Made by a program: the position numbers and the translations under genes. A stretch of DNA of 32,000 nt, taken from positions 114,081-146,080 of the forward strand of contig NZ_JAUOPC010000001.1 in the NCBI RefSeq assembly GCF_030546805.1. The letters run 5' to 3'. The notes beneath the pieces are model-generated. The model was not told the origin of the DNA and did no database searches. It saw only the letters and a program-made list of their open reading frames with translations. This DNA comes from Cyclobacterium sp. 1_MG-2023. GTDB lineage: Bacteria; Bacteroidota; Bacteroidia; Cytophagales; Cyclobacteriaceae. Shown one piece after another: positions 23,143 through 32,000 of this stretch (position 1 is its first letter; every line of letters begins with the position of its first letter).

Positions 23143-23853
23143 CTAGTCCTCTTTCTCAAAAACAAGAAAATGCTGGATGTTTAAAAATTGTCCATTGGTA
23201 GACAATTTGAATCCATTGGCTTCCAATTCTTTCTTTACCTGCTTAACAGTCATTTTATGCAAGGGCTTTATGGCCACTTTGGGGTCCTCCCCACGGTATT
23301 CTATTAGCAATAGTTTACCATCAGGCTTTAGGGATTTTCTGATATTTTGTAGCATCTCTTTAGGAAATGCCAATTCATGGTAAACATCCACCATAATTAC
23401 CAAATCCATTGTTTTCTCCGGTAGGTTTGGGCCTTTTTCTGTCCCCAAAACAGTAAATACATTGTCTACATTTTGGTTTATTGCTTTGTTTTCGATGTAG
23501 TCTAGGGCATCTTGTTGAATGTCTACCGCGTAAACTTTTCCTTCAGGTACTTTTGATGCAATGCGAAAAGTATAAAAGCCAGAACCCGCCCCTACATCTG
23601 CTACATGGCTATTCTTATTGATCGGAAGGTTAGCAATGGCAAGCTCGGTGTTTTCTTCTTCCGTGCGACTGTCTCTTTCTAACCAAGCAACCCCATGAAA
23701 ACTCATGAGCTGAGCAATTTCCCTTCCCCTATATATTTTACCAATTCCATCTCTCGATGGCTCTTTGTGGGAATATTCATTGCCGCTTTGTGCAGTTACT
23801 TCTCCGGATAGGGGTAGGAAAAATAAGGACAAAACAATTAGTAGGTATCTCAT
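23143..23853 (-). CDS. Class I SAM-dependent methyltransferase with an N-terminal signal peptide
   Basis: Motif I is VADVGAGSGFYTFRIA. Post-I is VYAVDIQ, and a later block is LKPDGKLLLIEY. Confidence 0.8.
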   Translation of the reverse strand: MRYLLIVLSLFFLPLSGEVTAQSGNEYSHKEPSRDGIGKIYRGREIAQLMSFHGVAWLERDSRTEEENTELAIANLPINKNSHVADVGAGSGFYTFRIASKVPEGKVYAVDIQQDALDYIENKAINQNVDNVFTVLGTEKGPNLPEKTMDLVIMVDVYHELAFPKEMLQNIRKSLKPDGKLLLIEYRGEDPKVAIKPLHKMTVKQVKKELEANGFKLSTNGQFLNIQHFLVFEKED

Positions 23854-24274
23854 GGCTTTTACACTGTTATTGTTGATTGTTTGCTTAATTTAACCATAAA
23901 TACCTGAAAGTGTCTCTGATATTTGGCAAATTGTATCCCAAAAGTCATGATTTTAAAAGAAATAGAGGCAAATGTGCCAGGAGTAAGTGGAATTTAAAAA
24001 TTGAAAAGATACATAAGGAACAAAGCGTACTGGATGGACTTCAGAAGCGATTTAATAAATGAAGTTTATTGTCTGAAAAGAAGCGAAAAGTGAGACAATG
24101 ATGATCAAAGCGGATATGTGGCGAAAAAGCCCTTCTGCGTGTTATTTAATGTTAAATTTATTTATAAGTAGCTTATTTTAACGGTATTATACAAATTTAT
24201 CCAAATTTATCCAAATTTAATAGTTAATTTGACTTGTGAAAATAGGATAAGCCCTTTCATTAAAATATAAAGTC

Positions 24275-24625
24275 ATGATTAGAATGGTACTCATTTTTGG
24301 AATCTTTTTATTTTCATCGGTAGCTTATGGACAGGGATTAATTATCCGCCATATTCCCCATTCAATACAAAGTAACCTGGATGTACCTGAAAACCTAAGC
24401 TATAGCACCCTTAAGTTTGAGTCATCACTTGGCCATATAGTTCCAGCAGTTAAGTCAAATGCTAGTGATAATAAATTGGAGGAAGATTCAACAAATGTAT
24501 CCATTTTAAGCCCTTCAAAGGATTCTTCTTCCAATATGCCTGTCAAAGATTTCCCCTCCAGAATACGTAAGTTTAGCAAGAAACCAGTGAAAGTTGGGAT
24601 TCAATTGGAGGGTATAAAGAAATAG
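24275..24625 (+). CDS. Small secreted protein, paralogue 1 of a tandem pair
   Basis: The signal peptide is MIRMVLIFGIFLFSSVAYGQ. The C-terminus SSNMPVKDF...VGIQLEGIKK is shared with 25167-25565. Confidence 0.6.
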   Translation: MIRMVLIFGIFLFSSVAYGQGLIIRHIPHSIQSNLDVPENLSYSTLKFESSLGHIVPAVKSNASDNKLEEDSTNVSILSPSKDSSSNMPVKDFPSRIRKFSKKPVKVGIQLEGIKK

Positions 24626-24657
24626 TTTTTTTCTTTCGTTAGGCGCTAAATGGCCCC

Positions 24658-24912
24658 ATGAAATACTTTGTCATCCTAACAGCATCCATTGTGTTTTTCA
24701 CCGGGTCAATTGTGATGGTTTATTTTTTTTGGAACCTTGATCAAGAATGGACATGGATAGTTTTAATGATTATTTGTCCAACTATTTGTGGAGATTCAAT
24801 TATCAAGAACCTTCAAATCTATTCAAAATTTCACCAAAACTTAAAAACGAAAAGTCAAGAGAGCCTAACAGTTGGTAAATGTATATCACTACTGCCTAAC
24901 TGCCAGGTTTAG
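24658..24912 (+). CDS. Possible small membrane protein (84 aa, two hydrophobic segments)
   Basis: Only the ORF and its hydrophobicity support this call. It is present in the first duplication unit only. Confidence 0.3.
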   Translation: MKYFVILTASIVFFTGSIVMVYFFWNLDQEWTWIVLMIICPTICGDSIIKNLQIYSKFHQNLKTKSQESLTVGKCISLLPNCQV

Positions 24913-25166
24913 TATCACTGAACAATGATTTTTGAATTTGAGAATTTATTTGTTGAATGAAATTTTTTGGCGACAAAGAAGCGAAAAATGGGGAAATGAT
25001 GAACAAAGTGGATGTGTGATAAAAAAGTTCTTCCATCCGTTATTTATTGTTAAATTTATAGATAAACAGCTCTATTTAATGAAATTATAAATTTTTATCC
25101 AAACTTAATAGTTAATTTAACGTGTAAATATGAATTGGAGAGTATCTTTCATTAAAATAAAATGTC

Positions 25167-25565
25167 ATGATTAGAATTGTATTTATTTTTGGAATTGTAT
25201 TTTTATCAACTGCTTCTTTTGGACAAACTGTTCACTATCCCTACCAACAAGGCGATATTTTTTCAGGGGTTGATATTCAGTCCATTAAAAAGTATAAACC
25301 TGAGTTGTTTCTCAACTTTGAAGAACCCAAGAGTGAGTCAACCTTTAAGGGTATAGAAACGGATAAGGATGAGCCAAATGATACTGGTGAAATTGTGGTT
25401 GGTGAAAATGAAGAAGATCCAAATATGGTCATATTAGACTTATCAAAGAATTACTCCTCCAATATGCAAATGAAAGAATTCTCTAATGATTTCCATTCAA
25501 ACATGCCAATCGTTACCAAGATACGAATAGGGTATTCGATTGAATTGGATGGTATAAAGAAATAA
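25167..25565 (+). CDS. Small secreted protein, paralogue 2 of a tandem pair
   Basis: The signal peptide is MIRIVFIFGIVFLSTASFGQ. The C-terminus is SSNMQMKEF...YSIELDGIKK. The upstream leader is homologous to that of paralogue 1. Confidence 0.6.
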   Translation: MIRIVFIFGIVFLSTASFGQTVHYPYQQGDIFSGVDIQSIKKYKPELFLNFEEPKSESTFKGIETDKDEPNDTGEIVVGENEEDPNMVILDLSKNYSSNMQMKEFSNDFHSNMPIVTKIRIGYSIELDGIKK

Positions 25566-25717
25566 TATTCAACCGCAACAATACTTCACATCTGTTTCAT
25601 AGAACAGGTATATTCATGATTTTTGGGTATTCAACAGGCTAACTATTGAATATTCAGTAGTAAAAATGTAGGGAAATTTTACAAAAATTCTTACTTTTAT
25701 TACAAACCCAGCTTCAT

Positions 25718-26164
25718 ATGTATCTATCTAAAGTTTTTGTTTTTTCTGTATTGCTCTTTTCAGGTGTTGCTACCCATGTGCATGGGCAAGACCTGGAAGA
25801 TGGTAAAGCCATAATTGGCTTAGTAGCCAGTTACGCCAAAGCAAGGGAAAGCATAGACACTGTAATGCTTAGATACATCGTGACGGAGGATATTGATCAG
25901 TTGGTTTCCAATGGGGAGTGGAGACATGGAGTGGAAGCTGCTGTCAAAGGGATGGCCGCAAGCTCCCGCAGCAATCCGGGTGATAGGGTTTTGAAGGTAG
26001 AAAGGGTGCGTTATGTTAAAGAGGATGTGGCAATAGCCGATGCCCGCTATACAATTAAAAATGCCGATGGAACAGAGCGAAAAATGTGGAGTTCCTTTGT
26101 AACAGTGAAAAAGGGGAAACGGTGGAAAATAGCAGCGATTAGAAATATGAAACCTGCTGAATAA
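25718..26164 (+). CDS. SgcJ/EcaC-family (NTF2-like, DUF4440-type) protein with a signal peptide
   Basis: The size is right, and the C-terminal pattern VTVKKGKRWKIAAIRNMKP is typical of the family. Confidence 0.55.
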   Translation: MYLSKVFVFSVLLFSGVATHVHGQDLEDGKAIIGLVASYAKARESIDTVMLRYIVTEDIDQLVSNGEWRHGVEAAVKGMAASSRSNPGDRVLKVERVRYVKEDVAIADARYTIKNADGTERKMWSSFVTVKKGKRWKIAAIRNMKPAE

Positions 26165-26385
26165 GCTGAAAACAGTAATATCCTATAGCCCTTCCTTCCT
26201 TTACTTTCTGAAATCGGTTTAAAATTAACCAATTAAAACTGTTTTCATTTTTCCCCTTAGCGATACTGTGCTAATGTCTCTAAATATCCTGATTTTATTG
26301 CGATTACAACACTACCTAAAAAAAATCACGATAGGCATCTAGATTCTACTGTATAATTTTAGTTAAAAATACACCATTGAAAAAA

Positions 26386-26414
26386 GAAAAGCGACCAAAA
26401 TTTGGTCGCTTTTC
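26386..26414. terminator. Rho-independent terminator downstream of eda (bidirectional shape)
   Basis: GAAAAGCGACCAAA-a-TTTGGTCGCTTTTC forms a perfect 14-bp stem with flanking A and T runs. It lies 20 nt beyond the eda stop. Confidence 0.8.
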
Positions 26415-26434
26415 TTTTAATGGAATGGGTAAAA

Positions 26435-27097
26435 TTACCCTTTTACTTCATTCACTAATGCAATGGCTTTTTTAGCCATCTCGTGAATTTCCGTGTAATT
26501 TTTATCTTGCAATAATTGTTTGCTGACCAATTTACTTCCCATACCTACTGCACTAACTCCTGCAGAGAACCAAGCCTGAACGTTGTCCTTGTCAAGAGAA
26601 ACACCACCTGTAGGCATAAAGATCAAATTCGGGAACAAAGATTTGATACCGGCCATGAATTTAGGGCCTAATATGTCACCTGGGAATAATTTGATCATTT
26701 TTGCACCAAGATTCTCAGCTCTGATGATCTCAGATGGCGTCATGCAACCTGGAATCCATATCATACCGTGCTTATTCGCTACTTCTACAACTTCTTCAAC
26801 CAAGCCCGGACATATGATAAAATCTGCACCGGCATCTACATATGTTTCTGCCATCTCTGCATTTTTGATGGTACCGATACCCAACAATAGGTCGGTCATT
26901 TCGCTATCCCTCAAAGCAACCATTTTCTTAAAGTTGTTCAAAGCAGCTTCACCTCTATTGGTGTATTCCACCACGCGAATTCCAGCAGTGTAAAGGGCCT
27001 TAAGAACTTCAATACTTACAGTTTCATCTGCATTGAAATAAAGAGGAAGGATGGCCTGATCCGTTATTTTTTTTAATATGGTTTCGTTTTTACTCAT
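26435..27097 (-). CDS. eda: KDPG / 4-hydroxy-2-oxoglutarate aldolase
   Basis: IRVVEYTNRGE (the E..T.R catalytic region), MIKLFPG (Schiff-base Lys context) and FMPTGGV are present. The gene sits in a kdgK context. Confidence 0.85.
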   Translation of the reverse strand: MSKNETILKKITDQAILPLYFNADETVSIEVLKALYTAGIRVVEYTNRGEAALNNFKKMVALRDSEMTDLLLGIGTIKNAEMAETYVDAGADFIICPGLVEEVVEVANKHGMIWIPGCMTPSEIIRAENLGAKMIKLFPGDILGPKFMAGIKSLFPNLIFMPTGGVSLDKDNVQAWFSAGVSAVGMGSKLVSKQLLQDKNYTEIHEMAKKAIALVNEVKG

Positions 27098-27117
27098 CGT
27101 GATTAAATTTAAAGTAA

Positions 27118-27144
27118 ATTACCTCGGGAAAATCCCGAGGTAAT
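27118..27144. terminator. Strong hairpin between yhcH-like and eda (intra-operon terminator, attenuator or processing site)
   Basis: ATTACCTCGGGA-aaa-TCCCGAGGTAAT forms a perfect 12-bp stem. Confidence 0.5.
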
Positions 27145-27185
27145 CTTTATTAAAGTGTTGATTTTTAATGATATATGTATGATTG

Positions 27186-27638
27186 TTAGATTTTAACTTT
27201 AACAACCATTTTCTTGATACTACCTTCGCCAATCATCGGAGAATGAACGTCTTCAGGATAAAGAATTACAAATTGCCCGGGCTCCATACCAAAGTACATT
27301 TCCGGAGAATCCACATAAAAAGATACATCCTTATCTGGATTGTATTCGCCTTTTATTTTGGTGCATTTTTCTCTGGGTTTCCAGCCAATGCTTTCTTTAC
27401 CTTTGATACATACTTGAATGTCTATGTGCTTGTCATGACATTCAAATTTCTGATTGGATTCAGCTTCAGTTTTTGCTGCTTTTTCAAATACAGCAGCAAT
27501 TAACTCATCCCCATCAATTTCGTATTTGCCATCTTCTATTTCGTCCAAGTTATTGGACTGAATAAAGGCAAAAGCTTTTTCAAACAATGGGTGCAAACTG
27601 TAGTATCTGCTTGCATTGGATAATGTATCAAGTATCAT
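27186..27638 (-). CDS. YhcH/YjgK/YiaL-family (DUF386) protein
   Basis: The N-terminus MILDTLSNASRYYSLHPLFEKAFAFI and the cupin-like C-terminus YPEDVHSP match the family pattern. Confidence 0.75.
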   Translation of the reverse strand: MILDTLSNASRYYSLHPLFEKAFAFIQSNNLDEIEDGKYEIDGDELIAAVFEKAAKTEAESNQKFECHDKHIDIQVCIKGKESIGWKPREKCTKIKGEYNPDKDVSFYVDSPEMYFGMEPGQFVILYPEDVHSPMIGEGSIKKMVVKVKI

Positions 27639-27660
27639 GACTTTTTAGATTGAGTGGTTT

Positions 27661-28686
27661 TTATCGTTGTACTCTACCACTAGCATCTCCACCCATTAAA
27701 ACTTCAACCTCAGCAAGTGTTGCATGGTTCATGTCTCCAGGGAAGGTATGTTTCAATGCTGAAGCAGCTACGGCGAATTCAGTAGCACCTTCTAGTCCCA
27801 TTTCTTGAATCAAACCATAAATCAATCCACTGGCAAATGAATCTCCACCACCTACACGGTCAACGATTCTTACATCATATTTTTTGGAATGGTAAAATTC
27901 GTCACCATCATATACCAAAGCACTCCAACCGTTGTCAGAAGCACTGTAGCTTTCTCTTAAAGTAGAAGCGATGTATTTGAATCCAAATTTCTCTTTCATT
28001 TGTTTGAAGACATCTTTGTATCCTTCAAGGTTCAACTCACCTTTGGTAACATCAGTTTCTTTGCTGTGGAAGCCTAAAGTGGTTTCAGCATCTTCTTCGT
28101 TTCCGATACATACATCTACGTATTGGCAAAGTCTGGTCATTACCTCCTTGGCTTTCTCCTTGCTCCATAACTTCTTACGGTAGTTCAAGTCAATGCTGGT
28201 GGTAACACCTTTTGCTTTTGCAGCTTTTAGGGCAGCTTCGGTCAAAGCAGCAGCTTTGTCACTTAGAGCAGGGGTGATACCTGTGGTATGGAACCAAACA
28301 GCACCATCAAATATTTTATCAAAATCAAAGTCAGAAATTTCAGCTTCTGAAATGGATGCATCAGCTCTGTCATATACTACCTGAGAAGCTCTCATAGAGG
28401 CTCCGGTTTCTAGGAAATAGATTCCTAGTCGTTTTCCGCCTCTGGCAATAAATTGTGTGTCCACACCATACCTGCGTAAATGATTGATGGCTGATTGGCC
28501 AATTGGATTGTCAGGCACCTTAGTCACGAAAGTTCCTTCCAGCCCATAATTGCAAAGGGCTCCAGCTACATTAGCTTCACCACCACCATAGGTTATGTCA
28601 AATGTATCAGTTTGTACAAAACGCTTAAAATCTGGGGTAGAAAGGCGAAGCATTACCTCACCAAGAGTAACTACTTTTTTGGACAT
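27661..28686 (-). CDS. kdgK: 2-dehydro-3-deoxygluconokinase (PfkB sugar kinase)
   Basis: The PfkB signatures GGGEANVA (N-terminal) and DRVGGGDSFASGLIYG (C-terminal) are present. The length is about 340 aa, and the gene is adjacent to eda. Confidence 0.8.
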   Translation of the reverse strand: MSKKVVTLGEVMLRLSTPDFKRFVQTDTFDITYGGGEANVAGALCNYGLEGTFVTKVPDNPIGQSAINHLRRYGVDTQFIARGGKRLGIYFLETGASMRASQVVYDRADASISEAEISDFDFDKIFDGAVWFHTTGITPALSDKAAALTEAALKAAKAKGVTTSIDLNYRKKLWSKEKAKEVMTRLCQYVDVCIGNEEDAETTLGFHSKETDVTKGELNLEGYKDVFKQMKEKFGFKYIASTLRESYSASDNGWSALVYDGDEFYHSKKYDVRIVDRVGGGDSFASGLIYGLIQEMGLEGATEFAVAASALKHTFPGDMNHATLAEVEVLMGGDASGRVQR

Positions 28687-28994
28687 GATTGTTGTATAAA
28701 TTTTATGATTAAATGAAATTCTTGTAATTCAAAGCTACAAAGAAAAATTTAAAGGGCAATTTACATAAAAAAGCCCTTTTCAAGACAAGACTACTGCTTT
28801 ATTTTGTAAAAACCAAATCTATTTATCGAACAACAAAGCATCTAATTAGCTATCAATCACATATATTTAGGTGTATTTTTGACTAGGAAAGTAGGGGAAT
28901 GATTCACAGGTATGGTACCTGTTTTCAGGTTTGAATTCATTTTGCGTACTTGTGCCACAAATACCTTTTATTTTGACCTTTCCCTTTAGATAGC

Positions 28995-29783
28995 CTAGTT
29001 TTTCAACCGTTTATTTAGGTCGGCTTTGAGTTGATTTCTTGCTTCTTTGAAATCAATATACACTGTCAATTGCTCCAGAGAGATCACATTATAATTGTGT
29101 TGCTTTAAGAATTCCAAAAACCTTTTAAACATTTCAGGTGGGGTATTTACCCAAGGGTGTTCCAAGTCCGGTACACCGTGAATTGTAAGGACCACTATAT
29201 TTCCATCCTTTGCCTGCTTTAGGGCTTCCATTATTTTCTTTTCATTTCCGGGCTCAGTAGCCCAACTTGGGATTAAATAAGGGTGGTCCTCTAATGGCTT
29301 GTATACCCTTTCTCCTCCGGCTCTGGCCAATAAATAATTTTTCTTGGCCAAAACTTCCAGTACAGTTTCACTCATGGAATAACCCGGGTAAGCAAAGCCT
29401 ACGGGCACTTTTATCCCCAAGGAATCGCATTTTTCTTCTATATAGTTGATCTCTTGTAGAATCTTTTCTTCAGATAATTTCCCTACAGGTGCATGGTTTT
29501 GCGTATGATTGGCCACCTCAAAACCCATCCTATCCAATTGTTGAATCTGTCGCCAATTCATATAAAGTGTACTGTCAGAAAAATTAGGAGGAAATTCACA
29601 AACAAAGAAGGTTCCTCCAAAACCATATTCCAACAATAAAGGTGCTACGTTGGAATAATGGCTGGCTACCCCATCATCAAAGGTCAAGACCAAAGTTTTG
29701 TCCGGAATCGGTTGCTTCAAAACTTGGCTAATACCGGGCAAGCAAGCCAAAAGCAGGAGCAAGGACAAGAAAACCTTTATCAT
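28995..29783 (-). CDS. Polysaccharide deacetylase (NodB-homology) family protein, secreted
   Basis: A signal peptide is followed by the NodB motif LTFDDGVASHY, then HTQNH. Confidence 0.8.
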   Translation of the reverse strand: MIKVFLSLLLLLACLPGISQVLKQPIPDKTLVLTFDDGVASHYSNVAPLLLEYGFGGTFFVCEFPPNFSDSTLYMNWRQIQQLDRMGFEVANHTQNHAPVGKLSEEKILQEINYIEEKCDSLGIKVPVGFAYPGYSMSETVLEVLAKKNYLLARAGGERVYKPLEDHPYLIPSWATEPGNEKKIMEALKQAKDGNIVVLTIHGVPDLEHPWVNTPPEMFKRFLEFLKQHNYNVISLEQLTVYIDFKEARNQLKADLNKRLKN

Positions 29784-29811
29784 ATCAAATACTTTAATAG
29801 GGGCTGCTTTT

Positions 29812-30273
29812 CTAAGCTGCCCTTAATTTTTTTTGTAGCCCCTGTAAAAAATTCCTTAATACCTGATCCCTGCAAAGACGGTATTGGTGTTGATCGGGTT
29901 TTCTAAAAAAAGCACTTATTTCATGCTTGCTCATGTTCCTCCCAGCCAAAGCTAAAATTTCAATGATATCTTCAGTTTGTAGTTGGAGTGCGATTTTTAT
30001 TTTCCGAATGATTTGATTGTTGGTAAGCCTACTTTCAGGCACCGGCTGTGGGCCTTCCTTTTTGCCTCTTTTATAATTAATCAAGCCATTTAAAAAGACG
30101 GCCAACTTAAAATCACTAATAGGCTTTGCTTCCGGGTCATCATCTCTTTTTAACCAATCGCTCACTTCCGCTCGGGTTACTTCAAGGTCAGCAAGGCTGA
30201 AAATTTTAATCATTTGGTCATCTCCGAAATCGAAGGTGTACCTTAAACTTCTTATCACATCATTGTTTTGCAT
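29812..30273 (-). CDS. DUF1456 (YehS-like) family protein
   Basis: There are two tandem DUF1456-like halves starting NNDVIRSLRYTFDF and NNQIIRKIKIALQL. Confidence 0.7.
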   Translation of the reverse strand: MQNNDVIRSLRYTFDFGDDQMIKIFSLADLEVTRAEVSDWLKRDDDPEAKPISDFKLAVFLNGLINYKRGKKEGPQPVPESRLTNNQIIRKIKIALQLQTEDIIEILALAGRNMSKHEISAFFRKPDQHQYRLCRDQVLRNFLQGLQKKLRAA

Positions 30274-30390
30274 AGGGCATAAAGATAAACAAAGGGGATG
30301 AAAAGGTTAAAATTTTCACAGTGAAAAGATATTTTATTTCCTAATCGATTATTAGTGGAGTAATTGATTCGGATTTTTTATCTTAAGCCT

Positions 30391-31185
30391 ATGAAAGAGG
30401 AAAACTTCACCTTAATTACCGGAGCAAGTATGGGAATTGGTAAGGCATTTGCCATGGCTTGTGCTGCCAAAGGCATGAACCTTATTTTAGTGGCCTTACC
30501 TGACAATCTCCTAAATGAGCTGAAAAAGGATATTTTATCCCTTTACACTGTAAAAGTACACCTTTTTAACATCGACTTAACGGAAGATAATGCCATTCAA
30601 AAATTGTTTTCCTTTTGTCAGGAAAATAAATTTTCTATTCAAATGTTGATCAATAATGCCGGGATAGGAACGGGAGGGAAGTTTGAGAATATTGACTTGG
30701 TTAAACAGCTACAAATTATAAATCTGAACAATAATGTACTGGTTCGGATGTGTCATTATTTTCTGCCTCTACTCAAAAAACAAAAGAAAGCCTATATTTT
30801 GAATATGAGCAGCATGGAAGCCAATTTACCCTTACCTTATAAAGCAGTATATACCGGATCAAAAAATTTCGTATATGCCTTTAGTCTTGCCTTAAGAGAG
30901 GAGCTTAAAAATGGTCCGGTCAGTGTTTCTGTGGTTTGTCCCGGACCGGTGGTAACCAATGCTGAAGGCTTGCAAAGGATGGAGGCACATGGAAAACGGG
31001 CAAAATTGGTAGTGTTGATGCCTGATGAGGTGGCTGAGATAGGATTAAATGGTTTATTGAAAGGTAAAACCATTATAATACCCGGTAAAATCAATTGGCT
31101 ACTGGTGAAAATATCCCGTATTTTTCCAACAGCCGTAAAGATGCGATTGCTTGAGCGCCTTTTTAGGGTATACAGTACCCATTAA
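30391..31185 (+). CDS. SDR-family oxidoreductase
   Basis: TGASMGIGKAFA, NNAG and the YTGSK catalytic YxxxK are present. I prefer the ATG at 30391 over the TTG at 30364. Confidence 0.85.
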   Translation: MKEENFTLITGASMGIGKAFAMACAAKGMNLILVALPDNLLNELKKDILSLYTVKVHLFNIDLTEDNAIQKLFSFCQENKFSIQMLINNAGIGTGGKFENIDLVKQLQIINLNNNVLVRMCHYFLPLLKKQKKAYILNMSSMEANLPLPYKAVYTGSKNFVYAFSLALREELKNGPVSVSVVCPGPVVTNAEGLQRMEAHGKRAKLVVLMPDEVAEIGLNGLLKGKTIIIPGKINWLLVKISRIFPTAVKMRLLERLFRVYSTH

Positions 31186-32000
31186 GAAAAATTTCCAAAA
31201 TAATCAGCAATTCCACATTGCTCACAACTTAAGGTCCAAAGCCGGTCAGCATCTGTAATAGAGTTGGCTTTATTGGAAGTGGCTTTTGGTTTGCATTTAT
31301 CCCAGTATTTACCAGAAACACCTATTACGGAATTATCTGATGCCAGAAAGACAGAGGTTGCTGCACCTTGGGCAGGAGTTTTTCCGGTAAGTCTTCTTAG
31401 TTTCCACATCAATCCATGAAAGGAAAAGGTGTGCTTTAAGCCTATATCTGTTTTCACTAGGCCTGGCTGTACTGCATAAATAGAAATTTTTTTATCCGGT
31501 TTGAGCCGTTCAAAAGCTTTAGTAAAGAGTACATTGGCCAGCTTAGACTGTGCATAAGCCCGAAGGCCATGATAATTGTTAGTAAGATTGACATCCTCAA
31601 AATGAATTTTCCCATGAAAATGAGAGTCGGAACTAACCGTGATAATTCTTGGGTCATTTGCTTTTGCCAGCAGAGGTAATAATAAATGGCTTAAAAGAAA
31701 AGGAGCAAGGTGGTTGATGGCCCATTGTCGTTCTATTCCATCTGCTGTTAATTGCATATCGGAATACCAACTACCGGCGTTGTTGATCAGCACATCCAAT
31801 ATAGGATAACGACTGAGGATATTTTTGGCTAGGGTCTTAATATCCGCTTGAGAACTTAAGTCGGCAATGGCATAATCCAAGTCAGCCTTGGCCTGATCTG
31901 CCTGAATTTTTTCCATGGCCATTAGGGCTTTTTCTTTGGTTCTGCAAACTAAGATTACTTTAAAACCCTTTGCAGAAAGTGCTTTGGCGGTTTCAAATCC
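31182..32000 (-). CDS. SDR-family oxidoreductase (retinol-dehydrogenase-like); the N-terminus lies outside the window
   Basis: NNAG and the YAQSK catalytic YxxxK are present. The frame stays open upstream of the listed Met to base 32000 (GFETAKALSAKGFKVILVCRTKEKAL...), so the gene runs off the window. Confidence 0.85.
   Translation of the reverse strand, partial: GFETAKALSAKGFKVILVCRTKEKALMAMEKIQADQAKADLDYAIADLSSQADIKTLAKNILSRYPILDVLINNAGSWYSDMQLTADGIERQWAINHLAPFLLSHLLLPLLAKANDPRIITVSSDSHFHGKIHFEDVNLTNNYHGLRAYAQSKLANVLFTKAFERLKPDKKISIYAVQPGLVKTDIGLKHTFSFHGLMWKLRRLTGKTPAQGAATSVFLASDNSVIGVSGKYWDKCKPKATSNKANSITDADRLWTLSCEQCGIADYFGNFS

Noticed and set aside
1-32000. A search for tRNA/rRNA/tmRNA genes, IS transposases, integrases and phage genes.
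   Set aside because: I found no T-loop/acceptor-type sequences (GGTTCGAATCC-like), no rRNA-like stretches and no DDE, tyrosine-recombinase or serine-recombinase protein signatures in any listed ORF.

Overview
The segment reads like a Bacteroidota chromosome (Cytophagia/Flavobacteriia type). This is an inference from protein families, lipoprotein and signal peptides, and REP-like intergenic elements. I recognised no rRNA, tRNA, CRISPR array, transposase or integrase. The window has two very different parts. (i) Bases 1 to about 11.75 kb. Downstream of a 5'-truncated CaCA antiporter gene lies a visibly AT-rich array on the + strand only, with at least nine small gene modules. In order they are: an Xre/RES toxin-antitoxin pair; a beta-lactamase-family pseudogene that is 5'-truncated and interrupted by a stop codon; a zf-UBP plus cNMP-binding TrxR-like pair; an ABM plus DUF2007 pair; a secreted orphan; a DHFR-family protein; an antitoxin/ParE pair; a 255-aa orphan with an Rx4H motif plus a lipoprotein; and two further orphans. 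Almost every module boundary carries a member of one mosaic repeat family. Its parts are a colinear 59-nt core GTTTCCATTAAA...CTTAATTT (five colinear copies plus one degenerate copy), ~185-nt long forms, and P-type and S-type blocks. The organisation resembles an integron cassette array or CALIN, but the repeats are not canonical attC sites and no recombinase lies in the window. I rank this as the most interesting candidate for an undescribed system. (ii) Bases 11.8-32 kb hold mostly ordinary genes. These are an internally duplicated MORN-variant protein, a secreted VWA protein, an SGNH hydrolase with a 1150-aa PVC-type CxxCH heme protein, a lipoprotein, an acyl-CoA thioesterase, a methyltransferase, a kdgK-yhcH-eda cluster, a polysaccharide deacetylase, DUF1456 and two SDRs. 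Smaller oddities there are a degenerate GGTGAT octamer array, a 48-nt hairpin element in three copies, and a tandemly duplicated small-secreted-protein module whose 5' non-coding leader is conserved.
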